DNA of 64,000 bases from a bacterium. GTDB taxonomy: Bacteria; Patescibacteriota; Minisyncoccia; JAUYLV01. Made by a program: the position numbers and the translations under genes. The stretch spans positions 4,851 through 68,850 of the forward strand of contig JAUSGO010000016.1 of the NCBI GenBank assembly GCA_030649025.1. The letters run 5' to 3'. Of this stretch, positions 1-8,004 are shown piece after piece; positions within the stretch are counted from its first letter, which is position 1, and every line of letters starts with the position of its first letter. A model generated the notes under the pieces. The model saw only the letters and a program-made list of their open reading frames with translations. It had not been told where the DNA came from and made no database searches.

Positions 1-189
1 TCATATACTCCATTGCAGGTTAAGCAGGCTGTTACCTCGTATGGGAGAGCAGAGAAAGGGCAAGTGCTGAAGATGATCATGCGCATACTTAAACTTACTT
101 CCCCGCCAGAACCAGACGACGCCGCCGATGCACTTGCCATAGCCCTGTGTCACGCAGCAATTCCCGAAGTCTATAAGAGATACAAGTAA
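1..189 (+). CDS. ruvC: Holliday junction resolvase RuvC, C-terminal fragment (5' end lies outside window)
   Basis: Frame-1 translation ...[42 protein letters not shown]... matches the conserved RuvC C-terminus (GxA.K.QV..MV..LL.L...[13 protein letters not shown]); TAA stop at 187-189. Confidence 0.8.
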   Translation, partial: SYTPLQVKQAVTSYGRAEKGQVLKMIMRILKLTSPPEPDDAADALAIALCHAAIPEVYKRYK

Positions 190-217
190 AGAGGCGTCCG
201 GTAGCTGCACGGAACAC

Positions 218-253
218 AAAAAAACTTTCCGATGCACATCGGAAAGTTTTTTT
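218..253. terminator. Bidirectional rho-independent terminator: A-run, 10-bp stem CTTTCCGATG/CATCGGAAAG, T-run
   Basis: Perfect inverted repeat flanked by AAAAAAA upstream and TTTTTTT downstream; lies just after ruvC stop. Confidence 0.6.
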
Positions 254-263
254 CTGATCCCTG

Positions 264-500
264 CTATTCCTCCGTCAGCTCTTCGTCATCATCCTCTTCT
301 TCCTCCGCGTCTGGAGATTCTTCTTCCAATTCCTCATCATCCGTGTCGTCTGCCGCATCATCATCGGCAGGCGCCGTTATTCCCGCATCATCGCTTCCCG
401 CATCATCGGGATACGCAAAGAGGTGGAATGCGTTTGCAAGAGCGAGTGCAAACATATGTGTAAGATTTAATGATAATCCTGCTGCGCGTGCAATGAGCAT
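264..500 (-). CDS. Hypothetical small protein with extremely acidic low-complexity C-terminal tail (D/E rich); coding status uncertain
   Basis: 78-aa ORF; opposite strand reads as a poly-Ser artefact; no clear RBS upstream of the ATG. Confidence 0.25.
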   Translation of the reverse strand: MLIARAAGLSLNLTHMFALALANAFHLFAYPDDAGSDDAGITAPADDDAADDTDDEELEEESPDAEEEEDDDEELTEE

Positions 501-585
501 GGGCCCAAAACAACGCTAGTACGCTCAATTGTATGCATGCAAACAACGCTGTCAAGTGGTGTCGGTGTGGAAAAATTCGTTAAGA

Positions 586-1875
586 CTATTTTGGCTTACG
601 TAAGCGGAAAAATTGTCTTTTGCCCACGCGCAACACTGCTCCGTCCTTGATATCTCCGGCCTGTATGCTTTTCCGCCAGTCTTTGTGCGTTATTCCGTCC
701 AGCTCCACGCCCCCCTGTTCCATGAGGCGCTTCGCTTCATTTTTTGAGGGAACGATATTCTCGCGCACAAGAAACTCCACCAAAACAAAACCAGGACCCG
801 TAAGAAGGATCTCCTTAATATTCTGCGGAGTCTCTTTTTTTTGAAAAACGCGCACAAATTCTTTTTCCGCGCCCTCGGCAGCCGAGAAGCCGTGATAAAG
901 CGTTACAACCTCCCGAGCAAGACGCATTTTTGCATCTTTGGGGGATAGACTTCCTCCGCGAAGCGCATCAATGATCTCTTGGATCTCGCTGTGCGGCAGA
1001 TGCGGACACGTAAGGTTGAAATACTCGTCTGTCACCGCATCATCTATAGCCATGAGCTTACCGTACATATCGTTCGGGGTATCCGTAATATTTATGATGT
1101 TACTCCACGAAGTGGACATTTTGCGCCCATCCGTGCCAACAAGCATCGGAGTGGTCAGCACATCCTGCGGTTCCTGACCGTAATACTTTTGTATTTCCCG
1201 CCCGGCATGGAGATTGAAAAGCTGATCCGCTCCGCCAACTTCTACATCCGCTTTTACGGCTACCGAGTCGTATCCCTGCATTAAGGGATAGAACAATTCC
1301 CGTATACTGATGTCCTCATTTTTTTGCAGGCGTTCTTTAAAATTATGTCGGGCAAGCATTTGTTGAACAGAAAAAATTTCCGCAAGCTTTGCGATTTCCT
1401 GAAGTTTAAGCTTGCCAAGCCATGTACTGTTGTAGCGAACCTCGGTCTTTTTCTTATCCAGTATCTTCCAGATCTGCGGCAAGTATCCTTTTAAATTTTC
1501 TACCACTTGTTTTTTGGTGAGGAACGGGCGCTTTGACAGTTTATCCGATGGGTCTCCTACTTGTGCCGTAAAATCGCCAATGATGAGGACAATCGTGTGG
1601 CCGAGGTCCTGAAATGACCGCAATTTCCAAAGAGAGATTGCCCTGCCGATGTGAATGCGCGGCCCCGTCGGGTCAATGCCGTGTTTGACGCGGAGTTTCT
1701 TTCCGGAGCGTAGTTTTTCCTCAAGATGTTCTTTTACTTCAACGCTGTGTACCTGCCCGATGAGCCTTAAGATGCTCTCATCCCGCGAGTACTTGACCGG
1801 CATGCCGACGCCATCCTTTCTTTTTAATCGAGTCTGGGATCGCATACGATGAGCTATGATATGAGTAGAAGCCAT
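586..1875 (-). CDS. tyrS: Tyrosyl-tRNA synthetase (class I, with C-terminal S4-like domain); true start probably internal Met near 1803
   Basis: GIDPTGPRIHIGR (HIGH-type motif) and KMSTS (KMSKS motif); ~400 aa plus S4-like C-terminus. Confidence 0.9.
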   Translation of the reverse strand: MASTHIIAHRMRSQTRLKRKDGVGMPVKYSRDESILRLIGQVHSVEVKEHLEEKLRSGKKLRVKHGIDPTGPRIHIGRAISLWKLRSFQDLGHTIVLIIGDFTAQVGDPSDKLSKRPFLTKKQVVENLKGYLPQIWKILDKKKTEVRYNSTWLGKLKLQEIAKLAEIFSVQQMLARHNFKERLQKNEDISIRELFYPLMQGYDSVAVKADVEVGGADQLFNLHAGREIQKYYGQEPQDVLTTPMLVGTDGRKMSTSWSNIINITDTPNDMYGKLMAIDDAVTDEYFNLTCPHLPHSEIQEIIDALRGGSLSPKDAKMRLAREVVTLYHGFSAAEGAEKEFVRVFQKKETPQNIKEILLTGPGFVLVEFLVRENIVPSKNEAKRLMEQGGVELDGITHKDWRKSIQAGDIKDGAVLRVGKRQFFRLRKPK

Positions 1876-2010
1876 AAATATTTAACAAGATCTCTCCGGT
1901 AAGAGTTTTTTAATTTTAGAAAAATGTTGATCCGTGATCACCCGTAAAATTCAATTCCACAAATTTGCACCCACCGGAAGATTTTGCCATTATCGATATT
2001 ATTCTTAGTG

Positions 2011-2060
2011 TGCGCCTTGTAGGGATTGAACCTACGGCCTCTTCCGTGTCGAGAAAGCGC
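2011..2060 (-). other. tRNA-like 3' fragment (anticodon-arm-like hairpin, T-arm GTAGG-TTCAATC-CCTAC, 3' acceptor strand AAGGCGC) without recognisable D-arm or full 5' acceptor; possible tRNA remnant or unusual tRNA
   Basis: Reverse complement gcgctttctcgacacggaagaggccgtaggttcaatccctacaaggcgca contains a canonical T-arm, but only ~50 nt can be folded into tRNA elements. Confidence 0.3.
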
Positions 2061-2086
2061 TCTTCCTGGACAAGTCCTATTTTTCA

Positions 2087-2134
2087 GAAACATGGTGCTT
2101 GCCCGCGAATCGTGAAGACTTTCACGATTCGCCC
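2087..2134 (+). repeat. Copy A of dispersed structured element: GAAACATGGTGCTTGCCCGC + 12-bp-stem hairpin GCGAATCGTGAA-GACT-TTCACGATTCGC + GCCC
   Basis: Perfect inverted repeat at 2105-2132; shares the GAAACAT(G/T)G..TTGCCCGC-hairpin-GCCC architecture with copies at 2325-2401, 15453-15501 and 18448-18540. Confidence 0.55.
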
Positions 2135-2148
2135 ACTTCGCTAAAACA

Positions 2149-2225
2149 TGGTGGGCGGCACAGGGGTCGAACCTGTTGCCTCGTCGATGTCAACGACGCG
2201 CTCTAACCAGTTGAGCTAGCCGCCC
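2149..2225 (-). tRNA. tRNA-Val (anticodon GAC), CCA encoded
   Basis: Manual cloverleaf fold of reverse complement: acceptor GGGCGGC/GCCGCCC, D-stem GCTC/GAGC, anticodon stem CGTCG/CGACG with loop TTGACAT, T-arm ACAGG-TTCGACC-CCTGT, discriminator A plus CCA; 77 nt. Confidence 0.85.
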
Positions 2226-2324
2226 TAAAAAATTTTAACAGAGAAAGCCAACGAAGCGCTCTGGTCTTGGGCAAGTTTCATTTTCCGGAAACATTGTACT
2301 TTCCCGAGAACCAATCATGTTTCG

Positions 2325-2401
2325 GAAACATTGAAGTTGCCCGCCAGATTCTCCACCGGAGAATCTGGCCCCGTGAAATGTTCTGCCAGAGCATTTCACC
2401 C
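2325..2401 (+). repeat. Copy B of dispersed structured element: GAAACATTGAAGTTGCCCGC + hairpin CAGATTCTCCACCGGAGAATCTG + GCCCC + hairpin TGAAATGTTCTGCCAGAGCATTTCA
   Basis: Two adjacent near-perfect palindromes; a partial upstream copy (CCGGAAACATTG) at 2285-2297; located in the 220-bp spacer between gatA and tRNA-Val. Confidence 0.55.
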
Positions 2402-2463
2402 ACCTAAGATAGTCGCTCGAGAATTTTAAATAGTATAGACCGGAAAATTTTAAGTTTCAAGCT

Positions 2464-3918
2464 TCAGACTTTAGCGTTACCCTCATACGCATCAGCAACG
2501 CGCAATATGGTAGATTCGTCGAAGTGTTTGCCCATGATCTGCAGGCCCACGGGAAGTTTCTTACCATCTCTTTCAACGTAGCCGCAATTAAGAGAAATGG
2601 CGGGAATGCCGGAGATGTTCGCAGATACGGTATAGACATCGGCAAGATACATGGAGACGGGATCGCTCTTTTCTCCGATTTTAAATGCGGGCGTCGGCGA
2701 AGTGGGGGAAACGATGACGTCATATTCTTCAAAAGCCTTTTTAAAATCTTCAACGATAAGCGTACGAACCTGCTGGGCTTTTTTGTAATACGCATCATAA
2801 TATCCTGCGGATAGAGCGTAGGTGCCAAGCATTACCCGCCGCCGTACCTCATTCCCGAATCCTCTTCCGCGTGATGCGGTGTAGACTTCGAAGAGATTTT
2901 TTGCGTCAGTCTTGATATCAGTTGAAGCGGAATAGCCATAGCGGATACCGTCAAATCTCGCCAGGTTGCTTGATACTTCGCAGGGCATAATGACGTAATA
3001 CACTGCAAGCGCCCAGTGTGTGTGCGGCAGGGACACTCCACCGATACGCGCACCAAGCTTTTCTAAGGTAAAAATTGCCTGCCGCACGGCTTTCTCAACA
3101 TCCGCATCAATGCCTTCGGCAAAGTATTCGTTGGGAATCCCTACCCGCAGACCCTTGATATCTCCCGTAAGGTCTCTGGTGTAGTGCGGCACCCGGTCGC
3201 GCGCCGTCGTTGCATCAAGCGCATCGTGGCCGGCAATAACCTCAAGAAGCGCCGCCGCATCCCAGACAGTTTTGGCTAAAGGGCCTATCTGATCAAGCGA
3301 TGAAGCCATGGCGATAAGACCGTGGCGGGATACGCGCCCGTAGGTAGGCTTTAACCCTACAACACCGCAAAATCCCGCAGGCTGCCGTACCGATCCTCCC
3401 GTTTCGGATCCTAGCGCCGCAATGGCCATGTCGGCGGCAACCGCTACGGCCGAGCCGCCGCTGGATCCTCCGGGAACCCTTGAAGTATCATGAGGATTTT
3501 TGGTTGGTCCGAACGCAGAGTTTTCCGTCGAAGCTCCCATGGCAAATTCATCCATATTTGTCTTCCCCAAAAATACCGCCCCTGCGTCGCGCAATCTTCC
3601 TATGGCCGTAGCATCGTATGCTGCAATATAATTTTCTAAAATGCGCGATGCGGCCGTGGTCTTTAGTTCCTTGATAAGTATGTTGTCTTTTACGGCGATG
3701 GGGATTCCGGTAAGAATTCCTCCCTCTTTTTTTTCTAAAACCTCATCGGCTTCACCAGCCATGCGAAGCGCTTCTTTCTTGGTGATTTCAAGATACGCAT
3801 TAAGCTCTGGATTTTTTTCTTGCGCGCGCGAAAGATGGTCCGCCGCAAGTTCTCTGGCGGAAATTTCCTTTTTGTGCAGCAGTTCTGATGCTGTTTTGAT
3901 GGTGAGATGTTCGAGCAT
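2464..3918 (-). CDS. gatA: Glutamyl-tRNA(Gln) amidotransferase subunit A
   Basis: Amidase signature [13 protein letters not shown]; 484 aa; followed upstream by gatC. Confidence 0.95.
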   Translation of the reverse strand: MLEHLTIKTASELLHKKEISARELAADHLSRAQEKNPELNAYLEITKKEALRMAGEADEVLEKKEGGILTGIPIAVKDNILIKELKTTAASRILENYIAAYDATAIGRLRDAGAVFLGKTNMDEFAMGASTENSAFGPTKNPHDTSRVPGGSSGGSAVAVAADMAIAALGSETGGSVRQPAGFCGVVGLKPTYGRVSRHGLIAMASSLDQIGPLAKTVWDAAALLEVIAGHDALDATTARDRVPHYTRDLTGDIKGLRVGIPNEYFAEGIDADVEKAVRQAIFTLEKLGARIGGVSLPHTHWALAVYYVIMPCEVSSNLARFDGIRYGYSASTDIKTDAKNLFEVYTASRGRGFGNEVRRRVMLGTYALSAGYYDAYYKKAQQVRTLIVEDFKKAFEEYDVIVSPTSPTPAFKIGEKSDPVSMYLADVYTVSANISGIPAISLNCGYVERDGKKLPVGLQIMGKHFDESTILRVADAYEGNAKV

Positions 3919-3934
3919 ACCCCGATACCAATAT

Positions 3935-3990
3935 ACGAATTGATGCGAATGAAACGAATATTCGTATCATTCGAATGCATTCGTTGATTT
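3935..3990. promoter_or_regulatory. Cluster of CGAAT/ATTCG motifs including perfect palindromes ACGAATATTCGT (3954-3965) and GAATGCATTC (3973-3982) in the gatC-gatA spacer
   Basis: Four CGAAT and three ATTCG repeats within 55 bp inside an operon spacer; candidate protein-binding or RNA-structure site. Confidence 0.3.
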
Positions 3991-4000
3991 GTGTCGCGTT

Positions 4001-4297
4001 TTATTCAAATACCGCCTTTACTTTGATATGGCCTTCTTCGCGCTGCGGCGCCTGACCTAGCAAATCTTCTGCGCTGGATTGCTCCGGCCGTTCCTCGGAC
4101 AAGGTGTCCTTCCGGAGGGCATTCACGATTCCCGTAACCTGCTTAGTCGGCTCAACCCCTTCCGTTTGTACCTCTCGCAGCTTTCCGACAAAATCCAAAA
4201 TAGTCCCAAATTCATTTTGGAGCTTCTCGAGCTCCGCATCATCAAGCCGGATGCGGGCAAGCTCAGCGATTTTTCTTACATCGTCCGTCGTAAGCAT
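4001..4297 (-). CDS. gatC: Asp/Glu-tRNA amidotransferase subunit C
   Basis: 98 aa; N-terminus MLTTDDVRKIAELARIRLDDAELEKL... typical of GatC; immediately upstream of gatA. Confidence 0.88.
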   Translation of the reverse strand: MLTTDDVRKIAELARIRLDDAELEKLQNEFGTILDFVGKLREVQTEGVEPTKQVTGIVNALRKDTLSEERPEQSSAEDLLGQAPQREEGHIKVKAVFE

Positions 4298-4318
4298 AGC
4301 TTCTCCAGCATATCAATT

Positions 4319-4344
4319 AAAAAACTCCCGCGCAAGGCGGGAAT
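4319..4344 (-). terminator. Rho-independent terminator downstream of ligA (stem CCCGC/GCGGG, U-run on minus strand)
   Basis: Minus-strand RNA reads ATTCCCGCCTTGCGCGGGAGTTTTTT, 25 nt after the ligA stop. Confidence 0.5.
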
Positions 4345-4368
4345 TACGTCATCGTTAAAGCAAAAAAT

Positions 4369-6441
4369 CTATTTGTTAAGTAATTTTAAAAATTCCTGCT
4401 CGGTAAGTATCGATACGCCGAGCGTTCTTGCTTTCTCGTACTTCGAGCCGGGATCCGCTCCCGAGACGATGTAGCTAGTTGATTTTGAAACCGACTCCGA
4501 AATATTACCGCCCGCTTGGCGGATTTTTTCTTTTGCCTCATCCCGCGTCATCGTTCCCAGACTCCCCGTAAGCACAAAAGTCTTGCCGGAAAGTTTTCCT
4601 CCGGCCCGATGCGTTACGGAATTTTCAATGACCACTCCCGCTTTTTTAAGTTCACGGATCACGCTGCGGTTTCGCGTGTTTTTAAACCACGCCACGATGC
4701 TCCGGGCCATCACTTCTCCCACTTCGTGCAACTCCAGAAGTTTTTCGTATGACGCGTCCTGGAGCGCCTCAATGCTGCCAAAGGCGTTGGCAAGTTCAAT
4801 TGACGTCTCTTCTCCCACGTGCCGGATGCCAAGTGCATACAAAAATCGGTGCAGCGGAATACGTTTTTTTACTTCAATGGCTGCGATGAGTTTTTTTGCC
4901 GACGTTTCGGCAAAACGTTCGAGCGGCAACAAATCACCAATGGTCAGCGTGAAAATATCCTGCCTGTCGGCAACAAGATTCTGTTCCAGAAGCTGGTCAA
5001 TGATCTTTGGCCCCATGCCGACAATGTCGAAGGCCGCGCGCGAGACGAAATGATACAACTTCTCACGCTCCTGCGCGGCACAGCGCGGATTGGAGCATCG
5101 GTGAATAGCCTCGTCGTGACCCCTTACCACGCGCGAGAGACAGACCGGACAGACTTTTGGCATGTGAAAAAGCCTTTCTTTTCCCGTACGCATGCGCGTC
5201 AGCACCACCTTCACGTCGGGGATAACGTCTCCGGCTCTCCCCACGATAACCGTATCCCCGATGCGCACATCAAGCCTTTGTATCTCGTCCTCATTGTGTA
5301 GTGTGGCACGCGAGACCGTAACTCCGCCAACGTCCACGGGCCTTAAGTGCGCTACGGGAGTAAGTGCACCCGTACGGCCGACCTGCACCACAATATCCTC
5401 CACCACGGTGGTAGCCTCGCGTGAGACAAATTTATATGCGATGCCGCCTCTAGGGGTTTTCCCAACCACACCAAGGCGCAAGAGCACTTCATTGCGGTTC
5501 ACCAAGACCACGATACCGTCTATTTCATAATCGAGTTTTTCGCGGATCTTTTTTACATGTCCGTGGAATTGCTCTATCTCTTTCAAGAAACCGAGACGTT
5601 TATTGTGGGGTCCCGTTTTAAATCCAAGAGCCTTCAGGATAAAATGTTCCTCTTCATGTGTTTTCTGCCCCATGTTGGTTATGAGCGCGTACGCAAAAGA
5701 GTCAAGATGACGCGAAGCCGTAATCCTGGGATCAAGCTGCCTCACGGAGCCGGCAGCGACGTTTCTGGGGTTGGCATATGGCTCTTCCCCCCTCTCCTTA
5801 CGTTCCCGGTTGAGTGCGGAAAAAGCCTTTTTGGGCATAAACACTTCTCCTCGCACTTCCAGAGTTTCCGGCCAATGCTTTTCCAGGAACCGGGAAATGT
5901 GAAAAAGCTTCATGCGCCGCAATTCGGAAATGACATCTTGTTTTTCGCCAAGCTTCAGAGGGATAGCTTCAACCGTTTTCAGATTTTGAGTAACATTTTC
6001 TCCGATCTTCCCGTCTCCACGCGTGGATCCCTCAACAAAAAAACCGTTCTTATAGACCAGTGAGATTGCCAGCCCATCAATTTTAAGTTCTACATAATAA
6101 TCTCCAAGAAGCGGGCGCGTGATAGGAGAAAGAAGTTTTGCATTCCGTTCTTCCCACTCTTTCATCTCCTCTGGGGAAAACGCATCGGTAAGCGAGAGCA
6201 TGGGGACCCCGTGTCTGATTTTTTCGAACTTTCCAAGCGCCCTGCCGCCGACGCGCTGGGTCGGCGAATTCGGCGTGATGAGTTCCGGAAACTGCGCCTC
6301 GAGCATCTCCAGTTCATGCTTGAGCGAATCCAGGGCTGCGTCGGAGATCTCTTGCCTATCTAGGGCATGGTAAAGGTATCGGTGGTGATCGATCTCCACC
6401 CGCAGTTTTTCTATGCGTTTTTTAGCATCGGCCTTAGTCAT
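4369..6441 (-). CDS. ligA: NAD-dependent DNA ligase LigA
   Basis: 690 aa; adenylation motif KIDGLAIS, Zn-finger cysteines, C-terminal BRCT-like region. Confidence 0.95.
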   Translation of the reverse strand: MTKADAKKRIEKLRVEIDHHRYLYHALDRQEISDAALDSLKHELEMLEAQFPELITPNSPTQRVGGRALGKFEKIRHGVPMLSLTDAFSPEEMKEWEERNAKLLSPITRPLLGDYYVELKIDGLAISLVYKNGFFVEGSTRGDGKIGENVTQNLKTVEAIPLKLGEKQDVISELRRMKLFHISRFLEKHWPETLEVRGEVFMPKKAFSALNRERKERGEEPYANPRNVAAGSVRQLDPRITASRHLDSFAYALITNMGQKTHEEEHFILKALGFKTGPHNKRLGFLKEIEQFHGHVKKIREKLDYEIDGIVVLVNRNEVLLRLGVVGKTPRGGIAYKFVSREATTVVEDIVVQVGRTGALTPVAHLRPVDVGGVTVSRATLHNEDEIQRLDVRIGDTVIVGRAGDVIPDVKVVLTRMRTGKERLFHMPKVCPVCLSRVVRGHDEAIHRCSNPRCAAQEREKLYHFVSRAAFDIVGMGPKIIDQLLEQNLVADRQDIFTLTIGDLLPLERFAETSAKKLIAAIEVKKRIPLHRFLYALGIRHVGEETSIELANAFGSIEALQDASYEKLLELHEVGEVMARSIVAWFKNTRNRSVIRELKKAGVVIENSVTHRAGGKLSGKTFVLTGSLGTMTRDEAKEKIRQAGGNISESVSKSTSYIVSGADPGSKYEKARTLGVSILTEQEFLKLLNK

Positions 6442-6544
6442 GGAACAGATAACAACGCTACGCTAAACAGGTAACAAATAGAAACACCTATGCTAAGCAA
6501 ATCACAAGACCTGTTATTTGTTTTTTGCTGCCTGCTTGTTGTTC

Positions 6545-7210
6545 TTACGGCACATCGATGTACCTCTGAGAAATTGTTGTCTGAACCCGAACATCCTGCC
6601 GCTCTTTAAAATCTTTTTGGGTAATCGATTGCACATGAAGTACGATAGTGGCGCGCGGCTGACAAAGATCGAATGCCGTGCCGGGACAGGCGCTTCCCAA
6701 AGGAGGCTGTCCTACGCCGCGAATGAGAAAACCGGAGTCATCCGTCAAAAGCGCGACTTCCTGGCCGTTCAGGATCTGGACGTTTGGATTAGTATCATCA
6801 CACGGGTCCTGGGTAAAATCTATATCATTGACCAGCCGGTGCAAATTTGCAAAAGGAAACGGTATCGCTACGGGATATTCTTTAATACAATAGCTTATCG
6901 GCTTGTTATCGGAACTTCGAATGATATCCAGCTCCTTGCTGTACGTATCCGCGGGAGAATTATTGCCGTTATCGGTGCAAAAACGAACCCCGCCGGTATT
7001 CCCGCAAATGGTGGAGGCACGGATCTCGCGCGATAACGTATCCATGATAATGCGCGCATTGCTTGAGGCCTGCTCAAACGCAATGACTTTTCTCTGGCTG
7101 ACGATTGAATCAAGGAAAACAACCGAAATCAGCGTGAGCACGACGATCATGAGCGTCGCCCCAACCAACGTTTCGATCATGGTAAAACCCTTTTGACTGA
7201 TCAATTTCAT
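6545..7210 (-). CDS. Type IV pilin-like protein (class III prepilin signal, minor pilin/pseudopilin-like)
   Basis: N-terminus MKLISQKG|FTMIETLVGATLMIVV: G-F-T-x-I-E prepilin peptidase site plus hydrophobic helix. Confidence 0.75.
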   Translation of the reverse strand: MKLISQKGFTMIETLVGATLMIVVLTLISVVFLDSIVSQRKVIAFEQASSNARIIMDTLSREIRASTICGNTGGVRFCTDNGNNSPADTYSKELDIIRSSDNKPISYCIKEYPVAIPFPFANLHRLVNDIDFTQDPCDDTNPNVQILNGQEVALLTDDSGFLIRGVGQPPLGSACPGTAFDLCQPRATIVLHVQSITQKDFKERQDVRVQTTISQRYIDVP

Positions 7211-7225
7211 TCAAATTATCCAATG

Positions 7226-7277
7226 ACGAATTACGGATTACGGATTAATTTAATTCGTAATTCGCAATCCGTAACTT
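7226..7277. promoter_or_regulatory. Array of 7-mer repeats with dyad symmetry (GAATTACGGATTACGGATTA ... TAATTCGTAATTCGCAATCCGTAA) immediately upstream of pilin gene 6545-7210
   Basis: Direct ATTACGG x2 on the left arm and inverted CCGTAAT/CGTAATT copies on the right arm; a related array lies at 21531-21607. Confidence 0.4.
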
Positions 7278-7300
7278 AAAATTTACAATCTGCTCCAGTA

Positions 7301-7969
7301 TTAGAGGAAGCTCCCCAAATAATCCACCCATTTTGTGAGACGGCTCTCCAAAAGAATGCAGTTGGCATCCGGACATATTACGGGTTCCGTGTCCGAGTTC
7401 CAGAATACTTTTATTTTCACATATATCTCCGCGCATTCGGTCGAGCAGCCGACGGGATATTTTTCTATTCTTACTGCACGCCGGAAACCGGAATCACTCC
7501 ATCCTGCGGTGCTGCAGGCGCCAGTGACGCAAAGATTCGCATAAAAACCCGTTGCGTCTTGAACGTAGACCTGCTGCCATTCTTTCGCCGCAGAGCAACA
7601 GGCCACGATCCAGCCGCTTGAAATATCATCATTGTCTACAAGCCGGATGCGCGTCTGAAATCCCACCGGACCCGTTGCGGGAATATCGTCATTCCATTGG
7701 GGATTTGTCGGCGGAATGCCGGTTTGCTTGATCGCATCGGATATTTGCAGCAGGGTGTTGTCTCGGATATTACGCACAACCTCAATTCCCTCCTGGGCAA
7801 GGTTCGCAGCGATGATCTCCTGCCGAACGGCGGGAGAGATATGAATAGTCTTTGAGATAACGATAAAAGCGCCGGTTGCACCGACAGTAAGCACAAAAAG
7901 CGCGATAATGGTTTCGATGAGGGAAAAACCATTTTTCGCATGTGGGTAGCGAATCTTTGTGTTGTTCAT
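7301..7969 (-). CDS. Type IV pilin-like protein (PilV/minor-pilin-like)
   Basis: N-terminus ...HAKNG|FSLIETIIALFVLTV class III signal peptide motif. Confidence 0.75.
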   Translation of the reverse strand: MNNTKIRYPHAKNGFSLIETIIALFVLTVGATGAFIVISKTIHISPAVRQEIIAANLAQEGIEVVRNIRDNTLLQISDAIKQTGIPPTNPQWNDDIPATGPVGFQTRIRLVDNDDISSGWIVACCSAAKEWQQVYVQDATGFYANLCVTGACSTAGWSDSGFRRAVRIEKYPVGCSTECAEIYVKIKVFWNSDTEPVICPDANCILLESRLTKWVDYLGSFL

Positions 7970-8004
7970 GAAATTCAGAAGAGCATCCGTCTTTTGAGAA
8001 GCCC

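Noticed and set aside
232-519. Plus-strand 95-aa poly-Ser ORF
   Set aside because: Starts inside the ruvC terminator hairpin and is the mirror image of the acidic minus-strand ORF; a low-complexity artefact.
2093-2170. Possible second tRNA (CCA-like TGG at 2093) between the tRNA fragment and tRNA-Val
   Set aside because: No T-arm or acceptor pairing can be formed. The sequence is instead a 12-bp-stem hairpin belonging to the dispersed palindromic element family.
4583-6063. Several 150-170-aa ORFs antisense to ligA (and similar antisense ORFs inside ileS, dnaE, ftsH, smc)
   Set aside because: They are entirely embedded opposite well-supported conserved genes, have no RBS and have biased composition. 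They are typical shadow ORFs.
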